Shown: positions 54,117-64,000 of the stretch, piece after piece
How positions within the stretch are numbered: the first letter of the stretch is position 1
How the letters are laid out: each line of letters opens with the position of its first letter
DNA from: an uncultured delta proteobacterium
Lineage (GTDB): Bacteria; Myxococcota_A; Polyangia; Polyangiales; Polyangiaceae
Reading direction: 5' to 3'
Length of the DNA: 64,000 nt
Assembly: GCA_963716725.1 (NCBI GenBank)
Contig: CAVQUB010000015.1
Span: forward strand, 32,001-96,000
Made by a program: the position numbers and the translations under genes
Notes under the pieces: generated by a model
Seen by the model: only the letters and a program-made list of their open reading frames with translations
Told to the model about the DNA's origin: nothing
Databases searched by the model: none

Positions 54117-57100
54117 CTAGCGCACGCTGACCCGCACGGGCCCGGTCTTGGCCCGCGCTTCGGGCTCGTAATAGGCATAGGCAACCGACGCCGGCGCCAG
54201 CGCACTGACCCGCGTCGTTGCCCGCAGCCCGAAGGCGAAGCGCCTGGATGAGGCCGCCGGGAGACGATCCAGGTACACGATCACCGCGCTCGGCTCGAGG
54301 GAGTAGCGGTGCAGCCTGCCGTCCCTCACCAGCCGGTCGAGATCGCTCGTTTCCACGTCGAAGCCCGGCGGAACGCCGATCTCGAGAGTCGGCATGTTCA
54401 TGGCGTCGTTGCGCTTCCAGCCCAACTCCACCCGACACTCCAGCCTTTGGCCGACGGCCACGCTGGCGGAGGAGTAGGCGACCCGGAGGGAGAGCGCGTC
54501 GCTCTCGCCGGCGCGCCCCTTTCCGGCCCACGGAAGATGATGAACGGAAGCGAGCTGGTAGGAAATGTCGGCGCCCGCTTTGCCATCGAGCTCCACCAGG
54601 TTTTCACCGGGGCGGACGTTTTCGGTCAATTCGAGAACCTGATACACGTCGCGCTTGCCTTGCTTCAAACGGAGCTGCCCGGCATCAGCTCCGTTCACGC
54701 GCACCTTGACGAGTTGGTCCCCGCTCTCGACGCGCTTCGCCCCGTCGAGCAAGGCGCGCAGCGCCGCCACGGTGGCCCCAGAGCTGGCCCACGCACCCGC
54801 GCCATTGCGGCGCAAGAGCAGCCAGGCGTGCGCCTCGGCGCGCAGTTCGGGCTCTCGATCGAGCTTCGCGAAGAGGTGGGCGACGAGCGCGGTGACCTCG
54901 ACCCGGAGCGCTTCGCCGTAGCTGAACATCACGCCTTGGCGCTCGGACTTCCAATGGGCCCGCCCGTCTCCGCGCTCCACGAGGGTCGCCAGCCGCGCCG
55001 CGACCTTCGACGCGGCGTCGCGATGACCGCCGCTCCACAGCGCGTTGCCGAAGAGCGCGAGATCGTAGGCATCTGTCGCGGCCTCTTGGCCCTCCAGTAT
55101 GGCCAGCGCACGCTCGAGGCCCTCGCCTTTGGCTCCCGACTCCGCGAGCGCCCATGCCACGTAGGCCGTGGTGGCCAGCGCGCTCGAAGGGGACGCCGAT
55201 CGGGTGGGGCTGGGGGAGGGCCAGCTCCCGTCGTCACGCTGGCTCGCCAGCAAGAACCGTCGGGTTCGTTCGATGAGCTGTGGGTCCACCGGTCGCACCT
55301 TGGACATGTCGGACAGTCCGACCAACCCGTAAGCGCTGAGGGTCACGTCGCCGCTTTCCGTACCAAACCAGCTGAACCCGCCGCTCGGGACCTCGAAGGT
55401 GAGCAGGCGTTGGTACCCGTCGTCGATGAAGGCGCGGGCCTTCGCTTCGATCTCGGGGCTCTGCAGCTTGGCTCGCCGGAGGAAGTCGAGCACGAGCACG
55501 TTCGGGTAGGTCGCCGACGAGGTCTGCTCGAAGCAGCCATGGGGTCGTTGAAGCACTCCGTCGAGGGACTCCGACAGTTGGCTGAGCACACCGCCGTACA
55601 CCTTCAGCCTGACCTGGGTGCCGCCGGCGACGGCGTTTGGGGGCACCGTCAGCGCGAGGCGAGTGGCCTGGCTCAGCGTGCCGCTCGCGATCTGCTCTAC
55701 CGGTTGCCCATCGGGCTTGACGCTGATCTTCTTCTCGACGGCGTCCGCGAGGGAGGTCCCCGAAGCGTGAACGCGCACAATGCGCTCACCGGCGCTCGCG
55801 GCGCGCACGGCGAAAGGCACGCCGCGCACGGCACCGGGACCGAGTTCGAGGCTGAGTTCGCTTTTGCCGGTGACGGCGAAGCCCTCGGCATCGAGGCGAA
55901 GCTTCACCGTCTGAGCTCGATCGGCGTAGTTGAAAACCGTCACGGGTAGTGCGATTTCGTCACCCTGGGTCAAGACGGCGGGCGCGCTCAGGTCGACGAA
56001 GAAATCCTGTCTCACCACGAGGGGCAGCGTGACGCTGCCCAGATTGCCGGCCTCGGTCACGGCGGAGATCCCGAGCCGGTAGGTGGCGATGGCGTCCGCC
56101 AGCGGCAGATCGATCTGCGCCCTGCCGCTGCCGTCGGTCACCAACTCCGGAACCCACGCCAGCGTTTCGGGGAAATAGCTGCGCACCCGAGTGGCCTGGA
56201 TGAACTTGGGGTTGTCCGCTGGGCCGCTCACCGCGTGGCGCCCGCCGCCGGGGCTGCTGGAGCCCTCTTCGCCCTTGGCCCGCACGCCGATTCCGCCTTC
56301 CCGCTGGGCAGAGGCGTCGCGGATGTTGCCGTAGTGCTCGCCCTCCTGATGGATCTGGCGTGCGTCTTCACGGATCACCAGCCCCAAGGCGACGAGCGTC
56401 ACGGGCAGACCAAACAGTGCCGATCGGCTGGCAAAGACCCAGGCAAAGTGACGGGGAGTGCCCATGAACAGCGCCGCCTGCCGCGCCACGCTCAGCGCGC
56501 CGAGAGCGACTTGCCACAGGGCCAGGACTCCGAGACACAGCTCGGGGAATCGCCCAGGCTCGCGGAACCAGCCTGCGGTCCAGAGTCCGTCCGAACCGAG
56601 GACTGCCGCGGCCGCGAGGTGCGCAAACAAGAATCCCACCGGTAGAAACCAGAGCACGCGCGCGAGGGCGGGTTGCGCTTGGCCGACATACGAGCGCGCG
56701 ACTCGACGCAGGGTGAACCATTGCCACCCGGTCGCTCCGAGGGCGCAGGCCATGAAGATCAGAGCGGAGGTCCACTCGGCGTTCAGCCTCCCGAGGGTCG
56801 GTCGCGGATAGAGACTGCGGGAGATGCCCAGTGCAAACACGGGGAGCAGGGCTCCGGCGCCCAGCGCCACCAAAGCGTGGGCGGTGACCGCGAGCCAGGC
56901 GTCGTGATCGAGGGAACCCACACCGACGACTTCGGGCGCGCGCGTGCGGCGCACTCCGTAGGCGATGAAGCCGAGCAAGAACGCAGCGCCAATACCGAGC
57001 GAGGTGACGGCAGCCACGCCCCCCAACCCGTGTGCGCGTCGCTGGGCTTGCCTGGCCACGCGCTCCACCTTCCATTCCACCCTGCGTGGAGTCGAGGTCG

Positions 57101-59012
57101 CGAACGCCTTGGAGAGCGCCGCTAGCGCGACGGCTTTGACGTCCTTCGGCGTCTCGCCGGTGTCGAGAACTCCGGGCTCCTCGGGCGAGACGCGAAGGGT
57201 GTCGACGAAGCCAACTGAGCGCCCGTAGCCCCGGCGACCGATTTGGAAATAGCGGCGCTCCAGATCCGGCCTGAGGTCGGCTAACGCGAAGAAAGCCTCG
57301 TCCACCGCCGACACCGCGAGGGTGGCGCTCACCGGCTCACCGCTCGCCGTTCGCACCGCAAATTCGAGCTTTGCGCTGGTCGCGGGGGCGTAGGCGGCTC
57401 GGTCCAGCTTGGCCTCGATGTTCAGATCTGCCCCGGCGATCAGCGCGACGCGACCGCCCTCGAGCAACTCTCCGCGGCCGAATGCCAGCGCTTCGATCTG
57501 GACTAGCCCGCGGGCCGTCGCGGGGACGTCGAGCGAGGTGACCGCCACGCCGCCCTGGAGGCGCCCCTGGGACGTGGCGAGCGGTCGGCCGTTTCGCCAG
57601 AGCCCCACCACGACGTCCGCGTCGTGCTCCGGTGCCGCGAGGACCGTCACTGTCGCGCGCTGTCCCGCGCGGAGCTCCGGGCCTTCCGTTCGAACCAGGA
57701 GCTGCGCGGGGTCTCGCTGAGACTGCGGGTTCCTGAGCACGAAACTGTCTCCGCGGGCCCCCTTCCAGTCGGTGGTCGAAAACACCCACTCGGGTGTCCC
57801 GAGGCTGAAACGCAGGGGGATCGTGGCGATACCGAGCTGGTTCGTCGTTACGGACTTGCCACCGGGTTCGACGGTGACCTCGCTGCTCACCGGCCGCCCG
57901 GCGCTGTCGCTGGTCACCACGAATATGTCGTTGTCCACCCCGGACACCCAATCGCCGTTCTCCGGCAACGCCTCGACACGCACGCTGCGCGCGTCTTCGG
58001 CGACGTGCGCCTTGCCCTCCAGCACCATCCCGTCGTGCGTTACGCGGGCCGAGAGGGGTCCCCGCGCGCGCTTGGGGAGCTCGAAATCGAGCTTGCCCCG
58101 CGCGTCGGTCTTGCCTCGGAGAAGCGCCGGCGAATCCGGGCTGCCCAGGTGCAGGGTCACGTCGGCCCCCACCAGTGGCGCGCCGAACGACCAGGTCGCC
58201 GCCACCGTGCCGCGGGGAGCCGTCGGCTCGCCCTCGGGCATCGGCTCCAACTCGATGGCGACCTTCGCCTTGGGTAGCGCGTAGCGCTTGACCTCGACGG
58301 TGCGTTGTTCGAGCACGCGATCACCGCTGGCCTTGATCACGTAGGCTCCGAGCTTGACCTCGCTTGCGAGCGCGAAGCTGGCGTGGGCGACGCCATGGGC
58401 GGATCGCCCCACGCTCTGGCGGAACACCGTCGCTCCCGATGGCTCGGCCACTTCAAAAGTAATTTGACCGCCGCCGACGGGACGATCGTCGCCGCCCAGC
58501 GTCAGCGTGCGAAAGCGCAACGTCTGACCCGGTTGGTACCAGGGCTTGTCGGTCGAAAGGAACGTGGCGGCCAGCGAGTCTTCCGAAAAGTAGAGCTCGA
58601 CCCGGGTGCCTTCGCCGCGATCCGGCAGCCATGCGACGATCTGCCTCGAGCCTTCCGCGAACTCGGTGGGGAGCTTCGCTTCTGCGAGCCACTGACCGCT
58701 GGCGTCGGTTCGACCCTCCGAGAGCGGCCGCTCCGCCTTGCCTACGGCGAAGAGCAGTTGGACGCGCTCATTCGCAAGCCCGGATCTGGTCGTGAGATCG
58801 CGAGCATGGATCCGGAGGTGGACCTTCCCTCCCGGAAACCCCGTCGCGGCGCCATCCACTGCGAGAACGGGCACGACACCCGGCTCGCCGCGGAGTGGAC
58901 CGCGCAGCGCAGCGAAGAACCACGCGCCGAGGGCGACGAGGCCGACCGCAGCCAGACCCCAAAACCGGCTATCCAACCACGGCAGGTCCCGCTCCACCGG
59001 ACGTGGCCCCAT
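54117..59012 (-). CDS. Alpha-2-macroglobulin-family protein with an internal multi-TM insertion
   Basis: TDKPWYQPGQ, SAVDEA, VRSYFPETLAW, thioester GCFEQ, GYQRLL and C-terminal AYAYYEP. Confidence 0.92.
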   Translation of the reverse strand: MGPRPVERDLPWLDSRFWGLAAVGLVALGAWFFAALRGPLRGEPGVVPVLAVDGAATGFPGGKVHLRIHARDLTTRSGLANERVQLLFAVGKAERPLSEGRTDASGQWLAEAKLPTEFAEGSRQIVAWLPDRGEGTRVELYFSEDSLAATFLSTDKPWYQPGQTLRFRTLTLGGDDRPVGGGQITFEVAEPSGATVFRQSVGRSAHGVAHASFALASEVKLGAYVIKASGDRVLEQRTVEVKRYALPKAKVAIELEPMPEGEPTAPRGTVAATWSFGAPLVGADVTLHLGSPDSPALLRGKTDARGKLDFELPKRARGPLSARVTHDGMVLEGKAHVAEDARSVRVEALPENGDWVSGVDNDIFVVTSDSAGRPVSSEVTVEPGGKSVTTNQLGIATIPLRFSLGTPEWVFSTTDWKGARGDSFVLRNPQSQRDPAQLLVRTEGPELRAGQRATVTVLAAPEHDADVVVGLWRNGRPLATSQGRLQGGVAVTSLDVPATARGLVQIEALAFGRGELLEGGRVALIAGADLNIEAKLDRAAYAPATSAKLEFAVRTASGEPVSATLAVSAVDEAFFALADLRPDLERRYFQIGRRGYGRSVGFVDTLRVSPEEPGVLDTGETPKDVKAVALAALSKAFATSTPRRVEWKVERVARQAQRRAHGLGGVAAVTSLGIGAAFLLGFIAYGVRRTRAPEVVGVGSLDHDAWLAVTAHALVALGAGALLPVFALGISRSLYPRPTLGRLNAEWTSALIFMACALGATGWQWFTLRRVARSYVGQAQPALARVLWFLPVGFLFAHLAAAAVLGSDGLWTAGWFREPGRFPELCLGVLALWQVALGALSVARQAALFMGTPRHFAWVFASRSALFGLPVTLVALGLVIREDARQIHQEGEHYGNIRDASAQREGGIGVRAKGEEGSSSPGGGRHAVSGPADNPKFIQATRVRSYFPETLAWVPELVTDGSGRAQIDLPLADAIATYRLGISAVTEAGNLGSVTLPLVVRQDFFVDLSAPAVLTQGDEIALPVTVFNYADRAQTVKLRLDAEGFAVTGKSELSLELGPGAVRGVPFAVRAASAGERIVRVHASGTSLADAVEKKISVKPDGQPVEQIASGTLSQATRLALTVPPNAVAGGTQVRLKVYGGVLSQLSESLDGVLQRPHGCFEQTSSATYPNVLVLDFLRRAKLQSPEIEAKARAFIDDGYQRLLTFEVPSGGFSWFGTESGDVTLSAYGLVGLSDMSKVRPVDPQLIERTRRFLLASQRDDGSWPSPSPTRSASPSSALATTAYVAWALAESGAKGEGLERALAILEGQEAATDAYDLALFGNALWSGGHRDAASKVAARLATLVERGDGRAHWKSERQGVMFSYGEALRVEVTALVAHLFAKLDREPELRAEAHAWLLLRRNGAGAWASSGATVAALRALLDGAKRVESGDQLVKVRVNGADAGQLRLKQGKRDVYQVLELTENVRPGENLVELDGKAGADISYQLASVHHLPWAGKGRAGESDALSLRVAYSSASVAVGQRLECRVELGWKRNDAMNMPTLEIGVPPGFDVETSDLDRLVRDGRLHRYSLEPSAVIVYLDRLPAASSRRFAFGLRATTRVSALAPASVAYAYYEPEARAKTGPVRVSVR

Positions 59013-59195
59013 GACCCGGCATCATGCACGCGGCGGGACGTTGCGAGCAACAGGTCCAGCGGGAGTTCGGGTAGGTTGGATGCTTGGCACGAGGCCCCCG
59101 GACGCGAGGGGGCGTGCTGGATGTCGTGGGCGTATGCGTGGGCTACTTGACCGATGCCGAGGCGTGAGAAAGGCTTCTGCGCGGGTGAGGTGACC

Positions 59196-60119
59196 ATGGA
59201 CCCTTGGAAGCTCGTCTCGTGTGCGGTGGTGTTGGCCGGGTTCGGCATTGCGGCTTGCAGCGGCGCCAACGACTCCGGCGGCGGCGGGGGCAGTGGCGGC
59301 GGCGGCGGCAGTGGCGGCACCAGCGGCGGCGGGGGCAGCGGCGGTCTCGCCCTGGGCGGCAGCGGCGGCGGCATCAACATCGATGGCGGTGCGGGCTCGG
59401 GCGACGGCTCCGCCGGAGCGTGCAACCAAGCCGTCGACATCGTGTTCTCGATGGACGTATCGACCAGCATGGGCGCGTTCTTGAACAAGCTCGCGGATGA
59501 GATCGAGAGCGTGGACAAGGCGGTCAAAGCCCTGAACCTGACGGTCGAGCCGCACTACGGCCTGGTGGTGTTCGTGGACGATACGCTGTTCGCAAACTCG
59601 TCGAAGCCCTACGCCGACGTCACGATCCTGAAGAGCGACTTCAAATCGTGGGCGAGCTTCACCTCGAGCAACAACCAGACCTCCGGGGGCAACCAGAACA
59701 CGACATGGCCCGAGAACAGCATCGACTCGCTGCATCGAGCGGCCAAAGAGTTTGCGTGGCGGCCCAAGGCCTCGACCCTGAGGCTCGTCATCCACACCAC
59801 CGACGACACCTTCGTGCAAGGGCCCACGACCCACAACGGCGTACAGATCCTGCACAACTACGCGGACAGCGTGAAGGCGTTGCAGGAGGAGCAGGTGAGG
59901 GTCTTCGGCTTCGCGTCCAAGCTCGGCGGGCCGCTCGAGGGCGACGACGTGAGCGCGGGCTGGTTTTCGCCGGTCGCCGGCAGCGCCACGATCCCCGACG
60001 CCACCGGCGGCGGGATCTACCAACTCGACGACGTGATGTCGGGCAAGGTGTCACTCTCGGATGCGATCCCGGCGGCGGTGAAAGACACCCAGTGCAAGCC
60101 GTACCCGACGCCGAAGTGA
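59196..60119 (+). CDS. vWA-domain lipoprotein
   Basis: Lipobox IAAC, Gly linker, MIDAS DIVFSMDVSTSM and LVIHTTDD. Confidence 0.85.
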   Translation: MDPWKLVSCAVVLAGFGIAACSGANDSGGGGGSGGGGGSGGTSGGGGSGGLALGGSGGGINIDGGAGSGDGSAGACNQAVDIVFSMDVSTSMGAFLNKLADEIESVDKAVKALNLTVEPHYGLVVFVDDTLFANSSKPYADVTILKSDFKSWASFTSSNNQTSGGNQNTTWPENSIDSLHRAAKEFAWRPKASTLRLVIHTTDDTFVQGPTTHNGVQILHNYADSVKALQEEQVRVFGFASKLGGPLEGDDVSAGWFSPVAGSATIPDATGGGIYQLDDVMSGKVSLSDAIPAAVKDTQCKPYPTPK

Positions 60120-60158
60120 GCGCTCGCCTGTGAGTTGGCGCTGAACTAGACTCGCGGC

Positions 60159-61469
60159 ATGCGCTTCGTCGTGCTCGCTGCTCTGGTCGTCGGCCTCTTC
60201 ATCGCGTGCTCGGCCAACAGCGGCGGCGACTCGAGTCCGGGCGGCGGCGGCGGCGCGGGGGTTGGCGGCAGCGGCGGCAGCGGCGGCAGCGGCGGCAGCG
60301 GGATCAACCTGGACTCGAGCTTCGACGGTGACGAACCGCCGCCGGCGGTCGCGACGCTGATCGGAACCGTGCTGGCTCCCGAGGGCACGATCCCGATTTC
60401 GGGCGCGCTCGTGTACCTGACCAAGAGCGCGCCCAAGCCGATCCCCGCCGGCCTGTACTGCGACAAGTGCGTCAAGCTCGACTACGGCACGCCGCACACC
60501 TTCACGGCTGCCGACGGTGGATTCCATCTGGGCGTGCCCGCCACGGGCAGCTACCAGCTCGTCGTGCAGAAGGGTCAGTTCCAGCGCGTGCGCCCGATCG
60601 AGGTGACGGCTGGCAACGTCTCGGTGCCGCTCTCGTCCACCCTCTTGCCTGCCAAGACCGACGGTGCGCAGGGCGACACCATCCCAAAAATGGCCATTGT
60701 CCAGGGAACCTGGGACGCGATCGACATCTCGTTGGCTCGGCTCGGACTCGGCAGCATCGGTCCGACCGGCCCCTTTGGCATGTTGCAGGTCGACCGAGCC
60801 ACCGCCCCCTACGACTACTACGACGGAGGGCCCGGTTCGAAGGGTGGGCACGACTCGATCTTGAAGAACTGGTCCACGCTCTCGCAGTATCACATCGTGT
60901 TTTTGCCCTGCTCTTGGAGCGACGCGACGGTATGCGACACGAACTCGCCGGCCCTCGACCCGACGGTGCAGAAGAACCTCAGGGACTTCGTCGCGCAGGG
61001 CGGCAAGCTCTACACCACGGACTACTCCTACGAGTTCGTGCGGCAGGTCTTTCCGGGCTACGTGGACTGGAAGGATCAATCATCCGCGCTCGGCTCGGCC
61101 TGCCTCTCGGGATCCTGGGACGCGCCGGCCAGCTCGCCAGATCCGGGCCTCACGGCCTGGCTGGCGACGCAGGGCATCACGGCCTTCGAGGTGAAAGAGA
61201 ACTGGACCGCGATTTCCGGGGTGAAGGCCGGGAACACCACCGATCCCGACGGCAAGCCGATCCAGGTGACGCCGAAGGTCTGGGTCGACGCCAACACCCA
61301 ATGGGGAAAGCTGCCGGCCACCATCAGCTTCGAGCAAGCCTGCGGGCGCGTGCTCTTCAGCAGCTACCACACCGAGGGTTCGTCCTCGACGATGCTGCCG
61401 CAGGAGCGCGCGCTGCTCTACATCTTGCTCGAGGTCGCCGTGTGCGTCGCTCCGGCCCAGGTGAACTAG
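60159..61469 (+). CDS. Lipoprotein with carboxypeptidase-regulatory-like domain
   Basis: Lipobox FIAC; GTVLAP..PISGALVY, KGQFQR, FV..GGKLY.TD and GRVLFSSYH. Confidence 0.75.
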   Translation: MRFVVLAALVVGLFIACSANSGGDSSPGGGGGAGVGGSGGSGGSGGSGINLDSSFDGDEPPPAVATLIGTVLAPEGTIPISGALVYLTKSAPKPIPAGLYCDKCVKLDYGTPHTFTAADGGFHLGVPATGSYQLVVQKGQFQRVRPIEVTAGNVSVPLSSTLLPAKTDGAQGDTIPKMAIVQGTWDAIDISLARLGLGSIGPTGPFGMLQVDRATAPYDYYDGGPGSKGGHDSILKNWSTLSQYHIVFLPCSWSDATVCDTNSPALDPTVQKNLRDFVAQGGKLYTTDYSYEFVRQVFPGYVDWKDQSSALGSACLSGSWDAPASSPDPGLTAWLATQGITAFEVKENWTAISGVKAGNTTDPDGKPIQVTPKVWVDANTQWGKLPATISFEQACGRVLFSSYHTEGSSSTMLPQERALLYILLEVAVCVAPAQVN

Positions 61470-61509
61470 CGTGCGCCGACCGCTTTCAGCCTGCTAGATT
61501 GCCGCCGGC

Positions 61510-62511
61510 GTGAGCATCAGCGACGACGACAGCCGGGTCCCACTCGTGGGGCTCCGCGATCCGAAGCCCGCGTGGCTGAAGGTCAAGGCGCCGAGCGGCG
61601 AGCGCTACACTTCGCTCAAGCAGACGTTTCGGAGTCTCGAGCTCAACACGGTGTGCGAAGAGGCACGCTGCCCCAACGTCGGCGAGTGTTGGGGCTCCGG
61701 AACCGCGACCGTGATGATCCTCGGCCACACCTGCACCCGGGGATGCCGCTTCTGCGCGGTGACCACGGGCAACCCCCGGGGCGCCGTCGATCCGCGGGAA
61801 CCCGAGCACGTCGGTCGCGCGCTGGCGAGCATTGGTCTGCGCTACGTGGTGCTCACCATGGTCGATCGCGACGATCTGCTGGACGGCGGCGCAGCGCACG
61901 TTGGCGACACCGTTCGCTCGCTTCGTCGGCACCAGCCCGAGCTCCTGGTCGAGGCGCTGGTCGGAGACTTTGGCGGACGAACCCGCGACATCGATGTCGT
62001 GCTCGCCGCCACGCCCGACGTGTTCGCGCACAACATCGAGGTCGTTCGTCGCTTGACGCCATCGATTCGCGATCAACGCTGCGACTACGACCGTTCGCTC
62101 GAGGTGCTCCGGCATGCGAAGGAGCGCGCTCCCGAGCGATTCGTGAAGAGCTCGATCATGGTCGGCATCGGCGAGGGCGACGACGAGGTGGAGCGAACCC
62201 TGACAGACCTGCGTGCCGCCGGCGTCGACGTGGTCACGCTCGGCCAGTACCTCCGCCCGACGCCGAAACACGCGCCGGTCCACCGCTACGTGGAGCCGAG
62301 GCGTTTCGAGGCGTGGGCCGAGCTGGGACGAGAGCTGGGTTTCGCGCACGTGGCCTCGGGGCCTCTGGTGCGTTCGAGCTACCACGCCGCCGAGGCCTTC
62401 ATTTCGGCCCTAGTTCGGCCCTCCGCTCCCGCTCCGCAGGCGTCTTCGGGCGCCTCACCCGCGGGGTTCGTGCCGGCCGGGCGCCTCAGGCGTCGGACCG
62501 CTGACGGCTGA
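61510..62511 (+). CDS. lipA: Lipoyl synthase
   Basis: KPAWLK, TVCEEARCPNVGECW, CTRGCRFC, GQYLRP and VRSSY. Confidence 0.97.
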   Translation: MSISDDDSRVPLVGLRDPKPAWLKVKAPSGERYTSLKQTFRSLELNTVCEEARCPNVGECWGSGTATVMILGHTCTRGCRFCAVTTGNPRGAVDPREPEHVGRALASIGLRYVVLTMVDRDDLLDGGAAHVGDTVRSLRRHQPELLVEALVGDFGGRTRDIDVVLAATPDVFAHNIEVVRRLTPSIRDQRCDYDRSLEVLRHAKERAPERFVKSSIMVGIGEGDDEVERTLTDLRAAGVDVVTLGQYLRPTPKHAPVHRYVEPRRFEAWAELGRELGFAHVASGPLVRSSYHAAEAFISALVRPSAPAPQASSGASPAGFVPAGRLRRRTADG

Positions 62512-62540
62512 GCGGGTTTCGGCTAGGCTCCCGCCCGACA

Positions 62541-63104
62541 ATGACCGACGAAAGCCTGCTCGGACGGGTCGCAATCAAGCTCAGCGAGCCCCCCTCCTAC
62601 GCCGAGGCCGGGCAGAAGGGATCCATCCTCACGGTGGCGGCCGCCTCCTTCGGCAGCAAGCCCACCGAAGACGAGAGCACGCAGCCGACGGGCTTCGACC
62701 CCGAGGCCGCGGCGCTCTTCGAGGCGGTGGTCGAGAGCGCGTACCTGGTCGCAAACTCCGACGGTCACTTCGACGAGACCGAGCGCGCTGCTTTCGAGCA
62801 CGTCGTGGTGACAGCGTGTCAGGGCGCAGTCGTAGACGGTCAGATCCATGCGCTGATCGAGGACCTCGCGGATCTGCTCGGCGAGGACGGTGTCGACAAG
62901 CGCGTCGAGATGGTGGCGAAGAGCATCTCCAGAGCCGATCACCAGCAAGAAGTCCTGCGCGTAGCGGCCTTGCTCGCGCACGTGTCGGGCGGCGTGAGCG
63001 ACGAGGAGCGCGAGTTGCTCTCGAAGCTGCAGCGAGCCTTCGGTCTCGATGAGAGCGCGCTTGCCCGCGCGCTCGCGGAAGCCGAGAGCGCCGTCGCCCC
63101 TTGA
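62541..63104 (+). CDS. TerB-family protein
   Basis: AYLVANSDGHFDETER and a second, degenerate VSGGVSDEER motif. Confidence 0.8.
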   Translation: MTDESLLGRVAIKLSEPPSYAEAGQKGSILTVAAASFGSKPTEDESTQPTGFDPEAAALFEAVVESAYLVANSDGHFDETERAAFEHVVVTACQGAVVDGQIHALIEDLADLLGEDGVDKRVEMVAKSISRADHQQEVLRVAALLAHVSGGVSDEERELLSKLQRAFGLDESALARALAEAESAVAP

Positions 63105-63910
63105 GCTCGGTAGTCCTGCGTCGCTTCTGCGAGCAATGCGCGGCCTATCGAGATCCTCAGGAGACGCGCAGAGTCGGTCCCGAGCGCTCGCCGATGGTCG
63201 TCTGCGGGACCTGCGGTGGCGCGCTCAGGACGGAAGAACAGCGCGTCGCCCAGCCCCTCCCACGTGCGCTCGTCCGAGCGCATCTCTACCCCTTCGCACC
63301 AGCGATCGCCGTGTCGATCGTGGTCACGGGGCTGGTGAGCGCATTCGCGGCCTACGTTCCTCTGATCGGCGCCCTCCTGTCCGCAACCATCGCTATCGGC
63401 TTCGTATTTCTGGTGCTGCGTGCGAGCGCCGAAGGGCGCGACGACCTGGCCATGGACACGGAGGTCGCCGAGAGCGCTGCGGACTGGTTTGCGCCGCTCA
63501 TCCGATACCTGCTGACCTGGCTCGTCTCCTTCGCTGCCGCCGGATTTGCGCTGTTGTTGCTCGGTTGGCCGACAGGTGCGTTGCCGGCGGCGGTGCTCGG
63601 GATCCTGGGACTCGTGTACTTCCCCGCCGGCATCATCGTCGCGGCACACGGCGGTGGCTGTCTCGGGCCGCTGAACCCAGTGCCGGGCGTGCAACTCATC
63701 GCCCGCATTCCGGGGGCCTACTTCATGACCCTCGCGTTTCTCGTGCTCACGCTCGCACTGGGGTACGGCGTGGTGGCGGTGGCGCAGCGACTGTTCGGCG
63801 GCATCCCGTTCTTGGGACCGGCGCTGGTGCGCGTGCTCGGGCTCGTCGCGCCGGTGATCATGGCTCGCCAACTCGGCATCCTGGTGCACGAACATCGCGA
63901 GCTGCTCTGA
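63101..63910 (+). CDS. Membrane protein with N-terminal zinc ribbon
   Basis: CEQC...CGTC then about 6 TM helices; start overlaps the TerB stop. Confidence 0.75.
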   Translation: MSSVVLRRFCEQCAAYRDPQETRRVGPERSPMVVCGTCGGALRTEEQRVAQPLPRALVRAHLYPFAPAIAVSIVVTGLVSAFAAYVPLIGALLSATIAIGFVFLVLRASAEGRDDLAMDTEVAESAADWFAPLIRYLLTWLVSFAAAGFALLLLGWPTGALPAAVLGILGLVYFPAGIIVAAHGGGCLGPLNPVPGVQLIARIPGAYFMTLAFLVLTLALGYGVVAVAQRLFGGIPFLGPALVRVLGLVAPVIMARQLGILVHEHRELL

Positions 63911-64000
63911 GGTGACGCGACGCGTTGGCCATTTGTCCAAGAATTCCCCCGGACCCGGCGCACCCCGAAGCGGGCTTGGGCCAATCGGCTCCATGGACTA

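Noticed and set aside
62541..63104. Tellurite-resistance operon
   Set aside because: Only a single TerB-like gene is present, with no terA, C, D or Z nearby.

Overview
A 64 kb, very GC-rich chromosomal window. Its gene content (MYXO-CTERM tail, many Gly-linker and Cys-rich lipoproteins, membrane Ser/Thr kinase, ECF sigma/anti-sigma pair) points to a myxobacterium, probably Polyangiales. Housekeeping genes (class I fumarase, argS, aceE, mutY, gatB, mtnA, lipA, a partial nuoABCD-G-H-I cluster, a YhaO/YhaN pair) alternate with many predicted surface proteins. No rRNA, tRNA, CRISPR array or transposase was recognised. Main observations: (1) a hidden selenoprotein, a lipoprotein-anchored AhpC/TSA redoxin with an in-frame UGA in a UxxC motif followed by a SECIS-like hairpin; (2) a GxxExxY nuclease-family gene bracketed by about 32-bp imperfect inverted repeats built from GGAAG units, resembling a small mobile element; (3) an alpha-2-macroglobulin with about six hydrophobic helices inserted near its bait region; (4) an enlarged NuoH in a complex I cluster lacking nuoEF and nuoJ-N; (5) TAnnnT boxes 6-9 nt before many start codons, suggesting widespread leaderless mRNAs. 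Many conserved genes carry +1 frameshifts that look like mixed-strain consensus errors rather than real pseudogenes. All calls come from reading motifs by eye; no searches were run.
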